In this document: in pieces, positions 12,362 to 24,691 of the stretch | Position numbering within the stretch: the stretch's first letter is position 1 | Layout: the number at the start of each line of letters is the position of its first letter | Source: Macrostomum lignano | Lineage: Eukaryota | Reading direction: 5' to 3' | Assembly (NCBI GenBank): GCA_002269645.1 | Contig: NIVC01000841.1 | Coordinates: 248,001 to 312,000, forward strand | DNA length: 64,000 nucleotides | The notes under the pieces: model-generated | What the model was told of the DNA's origin: nothing | Seen by the model: the letters and a program-made list of their open reading frames with translations, nothing else | Database searches by the model: none | Position numbers and translations under genes: made by a program

Positions 12362-15300
12362 CTAGAAAACATGCCGAATGCCGTTACGCCTTGCGAACTC
12401 GCCGAACTCCGCGGAGGTGAACTGCGTGCCGTTGTCGGAGACCAACACCCGGGGAATGCCCAGTCTGGCGACGACCTCGCGAAGTTGCTCGATGGTGGCA
12501 GCAGACGTAAAGCTGTGCAACTGATGAACCTCCGGCCACTTGCTGAAGGCGTCCACGATGACCAGGTACGTGCGACCGTTAACGGGGCCGGCGAAGTCCA
12601 GGTGCAGCTTTGCCCAAGGTTCAGCAGGAAACGGCCACGGTTGCACCGGCGCTTTGTGCGGGTCGGCCTGGTTCAGCGTACAGGTCCGGCACGACTTGAC
12701 GGTCATCGCAAGCTGCTCGTCCAGGCCGGGCCACCAGACGTAGCTGCGGGCTAGCGCTCGCATGCGGTTGATGCCGGGATGCGCCTGGTGCAGCTCGTCC
12801 AGCACGCCTTGTCGCAGAGCCGCGGGCACCACGACGCGGGCGCTCCACAGCACGCAGCCCTGTTCAACGCTCAGCTCGTCCTGCCGCCTCGAGAAATCGA
12901 TCAGGTCAGCGCCAGCCATTGGCGCGCCAGTCTGCAGACAGCGAAGCACCCGGCCGAGAATGGCATCCGAGCGAGTGCTGCGCGCGACCGCCTGATCCGT
13001 TATGGCGGACCCGGTCTCCTCATCCAGCAGCAGGGCGTTGACGGCCGGCTCCTCAAACTGTCTCGGGAGTGGCAGCCGGGACAGCGAGTTGCAGTTGGCG
13101 TGCTTGCTGGTGGGCTGGAACTCCAGCGAGTAGTCGTAACCGGCCAAACGGATCGCCCAGCGCTGCACGCGAGCCGCCGCGTGCTCTGGAATCGCCTTGT
13201 TTTCGCCGAGAAGTCCTAGGAGCGGCTGGTGATCCGTCACGATGACAAACTTGCAGCCTTGGAGAAACTGATTGAAGCGCTGGAGGCCGAACATGATCGC
13301 TAGCGCCTCCTTGTCTAACTGCGAGTAGCCCTTTTGAGCCGTCGTCAGGCTGCGGCTGGCGAAGGCAATGGCTCGATCCGGGCCGTCCACTCGGTGTGTC
13401 AGAACCGAGCGGCAGCTTGGCGTCATATTGCATCAGCACCGGAGACTCGACCAGAAGACGCTTGGACTTCTCGAAGGCTATCTGCTGAGGCTCCCCCACG
13501 TCCAGCGCGCGTTCTTAGTCAGCAGCTGATTCAGGGAAGCGACCACCGTGGACAGATGAGGCAGGAATTTGCCGTAGTGCGTCAACATGCCCAAGTAAGC
13601 TCGGAGCTGACTGCAGTCTGCGGGTGGCGGGGCGTCCTGCACCGCCTTCACCTTCTCCGTCAACGGCCGCAGTCCGTTGCTGTCGATCCGGTGGCCCAGA
13701 TACTCGACAGAATCGCGGAACAACTCGCACTTGTCATTGTTCAGCCGTAGGCCCGCCTCCTGTAGGCGCTGAAGGACCTTGATAAGATTCTCGCGATGAT
13801 GCTGCAGCGTCTTGCCCGTCACCAGGATGTCATCCACAAAGACTTGCACAGACTCCAAGTCACCGAGCAGCGAGTCTAGCGTGCGCTGGAATACCGCACT
13901 GGCGCAGTTGATGCCGTACGGCATGCGTTTCAGCTGGTACAGGCTTCGCTGCGTGTTGATGGTCAAGAAGGGCTTGCTGTCCTCAGACAATGGCAGCTAC
14001 AGGAAGGCGTTTGACATGTCCAGCTTGGACCATTTGCAGCCGCCACCCAGCTTTGCATACAGTACAGCTCCGGCCTGGACTCTGCGTTGTAGGTGAGCTT
14101 GTAGTCGCCGCAGATCCTTACCGAACCGTCCTTCTTGACAACAGGCACAATTGGCGCAGCCCAGTCGGAATGTTTGACTGGCGTGATGATGCCGTCAGTC
14201 TCCATCCGTCGAAGTTCCTGATCGACGCGCTCCCGGAGTGCATCGGGGACCGGTCTGGCCTTGAAAAAGGGCGGCTTCGCCTCGGTCGGAATGTGCAGTT
14301 TCACCTCGCCGTGCCGATAGGTGCCAAGGCCGCCTTGGAAGACCTCGGGGAACTGCGCGAGCAGATCAGCTGCTTGTCCGGTCACTGAGTTGCTGAACCG
14401 CGACCTCTGCCTGTCCGATGGGTCGAAAGCTCTCGCCCGTGTAGGTGCGCAGCACCGTGGATGTCGGCGACAGACGGAGACCCGGCAGAACATCCTCTTG
14501 GAGACTCTTCGGGATTACGGTGAGGGCGGAGCCGGTATCCACCTCGAAGCGACATGGCTTGCCTTGGAGCAGCAGCTCGACCGCCAGACCCTTGCTCGAT
14601 CCGCTCTGCCTAATGCTGAAGAGGGGCTCCTGCAGCTCAGCCGGCTCTGGGTCCAGCTTGTGCAGCTTTGAAGACCTGCACACCTTGCGGATGTGCCCGA
14701 CTTTGCCGCAGTTGTGGCACTTGGCCTCGCGAAGCTTGCACTGCTGCCGACTGTGGGCGCCGCCGCAGCTTGCACACGCGCCTGAGGCAGCAGCTGCCCG
14801 CATAGCGTTGGCTTGAGCTCCGGGCGGCTGCCGGGGAGCCTGCTTGTTGAATTTGTTGAGCTCTTTGGGCGCAGCGGGCTTCTTGTGGCGACGCAGGTGG
14901 GCGACTGCTTCAGCACGGTGCGCCATCTCCGACGACGATTTCTCCGCTGCCTCCAAAGCGTCGACTCTGGTCACGAGCGTCTTGAAGTCGGGCTGTTCGA
15001 TCTCCAGCAGCTTTGCACGGTGCATGTCACTGCGGAGACCGAAGACAAACTGGTCGCGCAGTCTCTCGTCCAGAGTGCTGATGCAGTGGGATCCGTCTGA
15101 CCCGTCCAGAGTGAACTCAAATTTGCAATGCTCCGAGGCAGCCTTTAGGCCAGCAATAAAGTCCGCGAGACTCTCGCCCGGCTTCTGCACGCGCTGTTGA
15201 AAACGGAATCTGGCGGATAGCATTGACGTCTTGGCAGAGTAATGTGCCTTCAAGACAGCAGCTAAGTCTGAGTATGACTTGGAGGTCACCGTTTCCGGCA

Positions 15301-15472
15301 GGCACAGATTCCGAAGAACCTTGTAAGCGTCTTCTCCGATGGCGGTCACCAGCGTGGCGACCTTCGCCTCGTCTCGGACTTCTTTACAGATGAAATATTG
15401 TTCGAGCCTCTCTAGGTATACCTCAATGTCAGAGTTTGCAGAGAGTTCTGGAATTCTACCAGTTGTAGCCAT
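12362..15472 (-). pseudogene. Gypsy element 2 gag-pol, frameshifted, integrase truncated at 12362
   Basis: CHNCGKVGHIRKVC, FEVDTGS, VRICGDYK, VFVDDIL, IAFASRSL, LHLDFAGP, SDNGTQF; several frameshifts. Confidence 0.92.
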
Positions 15473-15475
15473 TTT

Positions 15476-15659
15476 CTCGTCGCCAATGAGAAGTTATGAG
15501 CCGAGTACGCAAATGAGACGAGTATTTGCAAATTGGAAGTAGGAAAATGGCAAGGGTGCACTAGAACTAAAACTCAAATAACAAATACGAGTAATGATCT
15601 AGCTGAGTGAACTATTAAGTGGCCATGCAATGCCATACGTATAACCAAGCTATCTGACA
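15476..15659 (-). mobile_element. 5' LTR (15487-15659, 173 bp) and PBS (TGGCGACGAG) of Gypsy element 2
   Basis: Minus strand reads TGTCAGATAG...CTTCTCA, one spacer base, TGGCGACGAG, then the gag ATG. Confidence 0.85.
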
Positions 15660-15759
15660 CTTAGTATCTTAGTGTCTGTCTGTCTGTCTGTCTGCCTGTC
15701 TGTCTGTCTGCCTGTCTGTCTGTCTGTCTGCCTGACTGCCTGTCTGTTGACTGTCTGCC

Positions 15760-15808
<49 letters not shown>

Positions 15809-15903
15809 GCCTGTCTGTCTGTCTGCCTGTCTGTCTGTCTGCCTGCCTGTCTGTCTGTCTTAGTGCTTGTCTGTCTGTCTTAGTGTTTTAGTGTCTGTCT
15901 GTT
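15660..15903. repeat. (GTCT)n microsatellite, right part
   Basis: Same repeat as 7310-8169 resumes after the insertion. Confidence 0.9.
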
Positions 15904-15968
15904 TTTAAAGTAAAATAGTATTAACCCATAATAAATTGGACACCAAAACTTTTTTCACACTTTTGCAG

Positions 15969-16004
15969 GTCATTTCCAGTATACAAGAGGAGTTTGAAAC
16001 CTAA
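15969..16004 (+). CDS. Probable terminal coding exon of the TRPM-like gene (VISSIQEEFET-stop)
   Basis: ttttgcag acceptor; phase 0 matches the donor at 7301; short, so support is moderate. Confidence 0.6.
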   Translation, partial: VISSIQEEFET

Positions 16005-16336
16005 AAGCATTCGATCGCAGAGAACTTCTTGCCTTGACAGAAAAACATTTACTCATTTTCTTAGAGATTTCTTGAAGATTTGCAAGATTTTTATCCTTTA
16101 TATTTACTCTTGCCTATTCAAGCAGATGCCAAAAAAGTACACAGTTAAACTTTTTTAATCGCCCCGTCTATGGCCGGAGCTGGAATCTGCAGTTCGATAG
16201 AAAATGCCCCTGTTTTCTCAGCCAGGCAAACTGCTATTTACCATAGACTACTGCTGCCGCCCCTTAGTTTTCTATAGCAGAGTCGAATAGCGAAAGACCA
16301 GCTAAGGGAAGTTTGCTTGAAGCGCGGTATTATTAC

Positions 16337-18288
16337 TGTAGAGAAAACTAACGATTGAATTATGAGATATTTAATTGGAGTTAAATTGAACCTAAGATAA
16401 GCCAGTAAGTGGGCGCAGGGCCCAAACAAGTATATTTATACCAGACATTAACTTAGGGGGGTTAAATTGCAGATAATAAAGAGAGGGGGTGGAGTGCGCG
16501 ACTGAGGAAAGAGGCGAGAACGGAGAGCCAATCAGAACGCAGCAAGGGAGAGAGAGAGATAAGAATAACAAGATTGAGCTGGACAGAGAAGAGAGAAAAC
16601 AGAGTAAACAGAGACAAGTGAAGGTGAACTAAGAAATGACTAGGAAAGTCGCGACACTCCCCCCAAAAAATGGAACATTTTTTGAATTTTCGAGTACCAA
16701 TAGAATTATGAATTAGAGTTCAAGAAACAACTTTAAAACAAATTTAACAATGGTGTACGAGCTACAAATACGACTAAGAATTTCAATACAAAAACTGTGG
16801 AGACTAGAGTGAATGCAAAATTGACCAAGAAATTTCACGTGTGCGATTTTAATGAATAAATTTTTACGAGTATAACCAATGAAAAAACTGACTGCATCTA
16901 CCCCCCCCCCTAAAAAATTATTTTAATTTTTTACATTGTGAAAGAAAAAATTGAATGACGAATTAACGAGGCGATCCGGCAGGCGATGAGCGAAGAGACG
17001 ATCCGGCAGGCGAGCCCTGAGGCGCCCCGGCCGAGAATTTGAAACCGAGAGAGACCGAGGACACCGCAGGACGCACCCCCGGCAGACGATGAGTGAAGAG
17101 AGTCGAGACGATCCGGCAGGCGAGCCCAAAGGCGCCCCGGCCGAGAATTTGAAACCGAGAGAGACCGAGGACACCGCAGGACGCACCCCCGGCAGACGAT
17201 GAGTGAAGAGAGTCGAGACGATCCGGCAGGCGAGCCCAAAGGCGCCCCGGCCGAGAATTTGAACCGAGAGAGACCGAGGACACCGCAGGACGCACCCCCG
17301 GCAGACGATGAGTGAAGAGAGTCGAGACGATCCGGCAGGCGAGCCCTGAGGCGATCCGGCAGGCGAGCCCCGCGGCGCCCCGGCAGAGAATTGGAAACCG
17401 AGAGAGACCGAGGACACCGCAGGACGCACCCCCGGCAGACGATGAGCGAAGAGACGATCCGGCAGGCGAGCCCTGAAGCGCCACGGCCGAGAATTTGAAA
17501 CCGAGAGAGACCGAGGACACCGCAGGACGCACCCCCGGCAGACGATGAGCGAAGAGACGATCCGGCAGGCGAGCCCTGAGGCGCCCCGGCCGAGAATTTG
17601 AAACCGAGAGAGACCGAGGACACCGCAGGACGCACCCCCGGCAGACGATGAGCGAAGAGACGATCCGGCAGGCGAGCCCTGAGGCGCCCCGGCCGAGAAT
17701 TTGAAACCGAGAGAGACCGAGGACACCGCAGGACGCACCCCCGGCAGACAATGAGCGACGACTACATGTAGATGAAGGAGCACCGGCAGACAGTCGAGAC
17801 GAGATGAGATGGGATGAGACTGCTCCGGCCGACAGTTGACGAGATGGGAGGGCGCAGTCGACAAACGATGAGACGAGGAGACTGGTGGAGGGCTACGACG
17901 ATGGCATGGCCTTTGCCAGCCTTACTGAATTGACTTATAATGACTAAATTGCCCCACATTGGGCGCCATGTAGAGAAAACTAACGATTGAATTATGAGAT
18001 ATTTAATTGGAGTTAAATTGAACCTAAGATAAGCCAGTAAGTGGGCGCAGGGCCCAAACAAGTATATTTATACCAGACATTAACTTAGGGGGGTTAAATT
18101 GCAGATAATAAAGAGAGGGGGTGGAGTGCGCGACTGAGGAAAGAGGCGAGAACGGAGAGCCAATCAGAACGCAGCAAGGGAGAGAGAGAGATAAGAATAA
18201 CAAGATTGAGCTGGACAGAGAAGAGAGAAAACAGAGTAAACAGAGACAAGTGAAGGTGAACTAAGAAATGACTAGGAAAGTCGCGACA
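16337..18288 (-). mobile_element. Non-autonomous LTR retroelement (TRIM/LARD-like), 1952 bp
   Basis: 320-bp direct LTRs at 16337-16656 and 17969-18288 with TG...CA ends, identical by eye; TSD ATTAC on both sides; PBS TGGCGCCCAATGTGGGGC at 17968-17951; PPT next to 16657; no gag/pol motifs. Confidence 0.95.
16975..17760. repeat. GC-rich ~103-bp tandem repeat (~7-8 copies, some with short indels) inside the LTR element
   Basis: GGCAGACG recurs at 17537 and 17640. Confidence 0.92.
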
Positions 18289-18365
18289 ATTACATCTAAT
18301 ATCGATCGACAAGGGGGCCACACGAGTTTACACAGTCGCTTGAGCAACCACCTTGCGACGACAAT

Positions 18366-18640
18366 ATGCATTTCATCGTGCGCAGGGCCGCTGCCGCTCC
18401 AGCCACCAAAGCTCCACCGACCCAGCCGCCGTCGTACGCGGAGTCGGCCGCAGCCAAATCAAATAATAGCGGTGGCTCAAGCGGCTTCGACATATTCCTA
18501 GTGCTCATAGCGGTATTCTCAGTGCTCAATATCGGCTTAATTATTGCGGTTATTATTCTTAGCCGAGCAAAAAATCAGTCTGCCACAGCGAGATCTACCA
18601 GTCAAACTGGCTCTGGCAGATCGACTAGGATTGGGTCCGT
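18366..18640 (+). CDS. Small single-pass membrane protein, exon 1 (unknown function)
   Basis: ATG 18366; hydrophobic FDIFLVLIAVFSVLNIGLIIAVIIL followed by SRAK; PPSY motif; consensus gtaagt donor at 18641 in phase 2. Confidence 0.55.
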
Positions 18641-19835
18641 GTAAGTTTCGGCATTATATAACTGGATTTTGTGTATTGCCCCAAAAAGGGCCGTTTTGCG
18701 ACCAAAATAGCAGATTATTAAGAATATATGCGATTGTACATTATCTTGTTGTCAATGTAGCTAGCCAGAAAGTTAAAAAAAGTTGCTGTTTGCCGGAGCG
18801 TTGCTGTATTGTAAATAAACCAATCTTTTAAAAAGCGATACACAGTATAAATAGTCTATATAAGTTTATTCGTTTTGTGTGTATTAAGTTAAGGCTTCTG
18901 TTAAGCCTGCTGTTTTCATAGCCTGTACCTTCCTTATTTTATATCGCTAACTTTTATGGTTACTTATCAACATAAAGAAGGTTTAATACATGGCCCAAAC
19001 ACGCAATTAGTTCAGAGCTGAAACTATATTTTCCAATTTTTCTAAACTTGTTATAACACCAGGAAGAAAACAAAAAGGCAGTTCCGAAATGTATCCCGAT
19101 GTAAGATTGTCTTAAAATTTGGGAATTAACAACGAAACAAAAATCTTTCCTCTCGATACCTAAATTTTAGGTTTGAGGATAGCCAGATAACCCAACGGGA
19201 GGAGAGAATTTCATGGAAGCTGGAAAAGTACTTTCGCGAGCCGAGGTAGAGCGGAGCAAAGTATTTTACTACTCAAAAACACAGCCTGATAACTGATGCT
19301 CGATTTGGGCCATGTGCGTACCAGTAAGCCAGCAGTTTCAAAGAAATCCAAAGACAAAAATTGCAGCATCCAAGAAATATTTTTTTAAAGAATTTTTTTA
19401 TTAAGTGTTTGCACTATTTTTTACGAGCGATTTACTTTTAAACGTCTCAATACGTTTTTTTTCTGTAAACCGTTGAAGACATTATTATACTTCTGGTTTT
19501 CCTGCATTAAATAATCTTTGCTGCTATAGTGTGTTTTGCGCCCAACTGAGTGTACTGTTTCGGTAAAGACTATAATATGTATATTTAGAAACCTCTCCTA
19601 CGCTTAAAAGAACAAAATAAAACAGACTAAAAAAGATGGAGTAACAAAGACTTTTGTATCGCGTTGTTTGCCTCCCATTTTATCGCGTTTATACGTAAAA
19701 ATGTTTTAAAAAACCCACGACCTGCGCCTTTCAATAGTTTTGTTCATTTACTAGCATAAAGAGGGGGTTTAAAATTAATAAATGATCAATTCAAACAAAA
19801 AGTAAAAATAAAACAAAACATCGATTGTTTTGCAG

Positions 19836-19974
19836 TGCCAAACCAAAACGACCAGTTGGCACGCTGTTGGAATGGCGATCGAAGACCAGCGTGGGTACTC
19901 TCGATGCCATCATCACCGATATGGCAAACAAAGAGCGGCAGAGAAGACTGGACCTGCAAGGAGCTGGACAATAG
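19836..19974 (+). CDS. Small single-pass membrane protein, putative exon 2 (total about 137 aa)
   Basis: ttttgcag acceptor; phase-2 join gives V-AKPKRPVGTLLEWRSKTSVGTLDAIITDMANKERQRRLDLQGAGQ-stop; GC-richer island in AT-rich DNA. Confidence 0.45.
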
Positions 19975-20062
19975 TAGGTAAATAAAAGCTTCTATTTTGA
20001 TGTTAAATTAACATACATGTAGATATTCGAAGTTTTAATAATTTCCGGACAAGATATAAGCA

Positions 20063-20245
20063 AGGACTGCTCAAGTAGAAGAACGGGAGGCTACGTTTCA
20101 TAGAAACTGTTTAGGAGGCTGGTTTTCGCCGAAAAATGCACTAGCTACCGAGATAAAAAATTTTCATTTTTTCAGCCAACAGAAAACCAGCCTCCTAAAC
20201 ATTTTCTAAAAACGTAGTCTCCCGTTCTTCTAGTTGAGTAGTCCT
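20063..20245. mobile_element. MITE-like inverted repeat (~64-bp imperfect arms)
   Basis: 20063-20127 is the near reverse complement of 20182-20245. Confidence 0.75.
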
Positions 20246-23200
20246 CGGATATAATATTTGTTAAACTAAAGCAGAATTAGTCACATTTGACTTCGTGCAA
20301 TATGGCCGGCTCCTACATTATAATAAAATAAATCAATCAAGATTTAAAAGCATAGTTTTTAAGTATAAGGATATAAAATTTAAAAATACTATTTCCCAAA
20401 CACAACATCCATCCGTCATATTGGTTAAGTAGGCTTAATTTGACGGGCATAAATAACCTAAGCATTGAAACATAGTATAAACAACTAAGAAACTTATTTT
20501 ACTCTAACGAATCGAAATGAAGTGAAAATTTAAACAAAATGCGAGTTAAAATTAAAAAATCGAATCAGATATCTGCGTGTTTTAATGCTGCTTGTTATAA
20601 TTGATTTATCATTTTACTTATATTAGTTCACCCATATTTTAAAGAAAGTAAAATTTCATTCACAGGAACAACGAAAGTAGCGTAGACCTTTAACGTAATC
20701 TTCTAGTGGTCCCTGCTCGAGTATTGGCGGATACCATGGATGGTCTACGGCTTTAACATCTAAAAGAGAAGCAAAAAAATTGAACAGCAAAAAAACTGTG
20801 GCAATTTTTGTTTAAATGCTTTACTTAGTTTACGAAATAGTTGTTGGTAAATAAGTTTGTCAACATTACTACATGTTTTTACTAAACTGCATGCCGTTGC
20901 TGCAACTCTTTGCAGAGTCTTATGACACTCTGTCCAGTTAAAGTTTATTTTCTAAAATAAAGATTTCTCTACATTCGTCGTTCTGCGTTTAATTACGACT
21001 TCCATTTTTTGGAGTGCACAATTAGTTTTATTAATTTTCATCAATTCATGGGTTATATTTAAAAGCAATCATACAATAAAAAATCGATATTTTAATTAGC
21101 ATTTATGGTGCTGGCGCCTCTGGCGCTGGAGTCCCTGATGCTAAAGCCTGTGGTGCTAAACCTCTAATCAAGCGGAGTGGCTACGTACCTACGAGTAGTT
21201 TTCAAGGTTCTTATGATTCTCAGAAGCTAGCTAATGCTCTTATTTTACCCAATATTTGTTGGTGTTCTTGCCGCAGGAAAATATCAGTTTATGTCATGGT
21301 TAATCAATAATTTTATTGCCTAAAGTCATAAAGTTTTAACTGTTCTAATCTGTTCTGAAATGTTTTGTGATATCTATAAAGGTTCGAGATCTTAATCAGC
21401 CTTAGAAAATGATTTAGTCTGCATAGTTACATAGAACCGTCCGTGAGTTAATCCGAGTTTTTGTTTCTTAGGTTTCTATAAAAACAACAGTGAGCTAGCT
21501 TGCTATGAGCTATATGCGTAGGTCATCGCTCAAAATAATATTCTTAGTGAACCCTGCGCAGCCTTAAACACGAGCAAAAACTGCTGCTGCTGCATGCATG
21601 CGGTCAATGGCGTTAAATTTTGCTTGCAAAAGAGATGCAGCAAAAATGCACTTTTACGAGCGTAGAGCTTCCACGCCGAGTAGTGCCGTATATTGTGTCG
21701 CAAAGCTGAGCTCCAGGGTTTTGGCTAAAAAAAGCTCGACATCAGCGTCCCATCGCTCGTGCACACTGCTGAGGGATCAACGAAACTTGGATAAGCGCGC
21801 AGGGGAGGGCTTGGATGGTATACGGTCGTGAAATATTAATAAGTTTATGCGGCATGAAAGAAAATTGCATTAAAAGCGACTGTAAACCGCATGCATCTTT
21901 CTTCCCAGGTGCACAGCTAAAGTAGCTAGATCGACTGACATGCCCCGAAGAGGGGTCGCGCAACTAGTCCAATGTTACTAAAACCCCGCTGCGGTACTCC
22001 TAGGAAAAATAACTTGAAAAACTACGAGCATATATTGTCGTCAACAGTAAAAAAACATTTTACTATTCAACCTTTTTTGTTATCATTTATAGAGCTCTGT
22101 TGCTATCCAACTTTTTAATTAAATAATAAATGCCAGACTGTCTGGCTTCTAGAGAGTTTACAATGCGATAGTTAATAAATTTTTCAAACCATTATATTTA
22201 TAGCCACATGTTTCGTCTGGAAAAGTTTGATCACACTTTCATCGCACGTGCTGTGCTGGTGTTTGGGACTCAAATTTCCTCGAGATGCATTTAACTTTAT
22301 TCGTGTGCATTCAAACAAGCGTACATTGATTGCACAATTTAAGGTCAAATTATTGACACTGTCAAGCACAGAGCATGAGCGCGGATAAAGACTGCATCAG
22401 CACATATTGAACTTCTTAACTGACCGAATTGCAAATGAAGCTTTTATCCTACTAGGGATTAATTACGTTATTTGATGAGTCGCATTTTTTACCCAAAATT
22501 ATTCATTCAGAAAATTGTCTATCTATGGTAAACTAACAGATCTCGGCGATCCACGTATATAAAGAAAGAATGGCGGACTCGAACTTGGCTTTGGTGGTCA
22601 GGTTTAGTGTACACTAGCACACTTGGACTCTTTGACCTACTCTGTAGATCCCATCATTAAACACCGCTAGTCCATTAAATGTAGGACCATGGAAATCGAG
22701 AACCCCGCCGTTATTAGCAAAATATCTCGGCATCTAGAGGTCAAAGTCGGCTATGGCATCGTTTTATTCCAGAATATCTAAAAATGCATGTCAAAAAAGA
22801 AGTATAAGTTCTTACCGTTTCTTCCCTTCTTTGGCCCGAATTCCTCGGCTGAGAGCTCGTTTCTTAGCTCGTAGAAGCGATCTCAAAGCCGGGGACTTTG
22901 GGCCATAGACAGAAAGAAACAGAAAGAATATATTTCTTCCAAACTTGGACCGGGCCAAAGAAATGATTGGCCCGGCCAAAGAAATGAAAAAAACATTTAA
23001 CCATAGACAGACACGGCCCAGTCAAGTGGGGACGAAATCAATTTCTCCCCCTTAGAGAAGAGCCAAGACGTATTGGCCATAGACAATTAAGTTGGGCATG
23101 TGCAATTGTTAATAAGAGAACGAATCCCATCACCTAAAAACTCCAGCTTCACTATTAGCCATAGACTATAAATTTGCTCTCACTGCTAGAAAAACTCTTT

Positions 23201-24691
23201 AGATAGAAAGTGAATCAGGTAAGCCATTTTCGCAGGTAAATTTTCTAGGTAGAGATCTCAGGAATAAACCGAGCCTATTCATAGCGATTTGCAATCGAAT
23301 GAACCAATTTGCAGAAAAATTGATTCGCTTTTAAAAATGCATTACAATCAAACTAAACGAACAAACAAACAGATAGACAGACAATAGGTAGACAGACGAG
23401 AAGTACAGGACTTGCCGTCAAAGAGAAACTCAGTTTCTAAATCGGCCGATTTACACGTATTAACGGAGTCAGCCGCCGGAGTAATATATAAAATACCCAC
23501 CATGCGACGTCATCGGATGTCGGGGTATGTCGAATTACGTGGGAATGTCGCATGGGATTGAGGGTAAATGTATATTTTGGTCCGTAGCTAGACATTTTTT
23601 CGTTCGGTAAAACAGGTGGTCAAAATAAATGCATGGTCACGCAGGTGCGCATTTATCTATTAATAGACATTTCAGTTTCAGCATTGATTCGTACAAAGCT
23701 GGTATTTGTTGATAATTATAAAAGCTAACAGAATAACAAATCAAAAACTATTTATCACATTATGGATATCAAAAATAGATCTAATAAACGCCTATCCGAC
23801 ACTGCACCGAAAATGAAGCCAGTTAACACCCGTGCGACAGATATGCCATTAGCTAGTGCTGCCACCATGCCCTACTGTCATTGCATGGGCTGCTTTCTCT
23901 CCTGTTAATAGCTAGTGCAATAAATTTAGCTTGCCCATGCTGCCGCCAAAATATATATGGAAAACTGAACTGCTCCACCAAGGAGTGTTAGAGCCAGTGA
24001 GCATCTGGATAGTCGAATTCTGAACTCAATTTTCGTCTCCTTTTCTACGAATAAAGTGCTTCAAAAAGGCTACAACAATTTAACCTGGGCTTTCAAGTCT
24101 CCACGTAACTTTGCAGTGAATATTTTGTAGCTTTTTAGCTCCTCTTCTATTCTCCTAAGTGGCAAAATTTCATCATTGGCCTAAAGTCAAAACACGGCTT
24201 GCTGTCTAGACTTCTAAGCTTTAGGCGTCCATGACTAGTTGCACCCAACAGATAAACAAATCCTAAGTAGAACAGAGTAGAGCACAAGCGGCGATTAAAC
24301 AAAGTAAAACTTCGCACAATGCTCCAATTCGAAGACAGATCTAAGCAACGTTTATCCAAAATTTAGTCGATAATCTTTTTGCGATAAAGCCTTCAGACAG
24401 ACGCCTACGAGCAAACAGTGGTTGTGCAATCCGCGCTTAACCAATCCGCAAGCTTCGCAAACTGCATTGGCTGGGTTGTTGGCTGCGATGGAGCAGCGAA
24501 ATGAAGATCTATCTACAGCATCTACCTTTCGTCTAGGCGCGCCACTTTTTATTGGACAGACGGGTGCAAGCAGCTCTTGTAGCGGCATACAAAAAAGGTT
24601 GTCCAACGCCAGTTTCCTAGATGACAGCTGCCTAATCAATCACACCTGCAAACAGCAACAGCAGCCGACGGACTTATAAAGTCAGCCAAGG

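Larger units (their letters stand above)
8170..15659. mobile_element. Composite Ty3/Gypsy insertion (TG...CA ends, CTTAG on both flanks) holding two defective elements tail-to-tail
   Basis: Starts TGTGAAGTTATGAG, ends TATCTGACA; CTTAG at 8165-8169 and 15660-15664; 8170-8204 matches 15487-15521 with 2 mismatches. Confidence 0.75.

Noticed and set aside
8380-15542. Many short antisense or alternate-frame ORFs over the Gypsy elements (also at 57.5-64 kb)
   Set aside because: Expected shadow ORFs of GC-rich coding sequence; no independent motifs
16975-17760. Hammerhead or HDV-like ribozyme in the 103-bp unit (retrozyme idea)
   Set aside because: No CUGANGA...GAAA core with stems; a TCCTCGG loop resembles HDV L3, but P1 and P3 do not pair by eye. 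A covariance search would settle it
16923-17864. Three overlapping 230-313 aa ORFs in the LTR element
   Set aside because: The minus-strand repeat unit is A-poor and contains no stop triplet in any frame; no retroelement motifs are present
18988-19315. 12-bp inverted repeat ACATGGCCCAAA / TTTGGGCCATGT as MITE ends
   Set aside because: Short, no TSD identified; insufficient support
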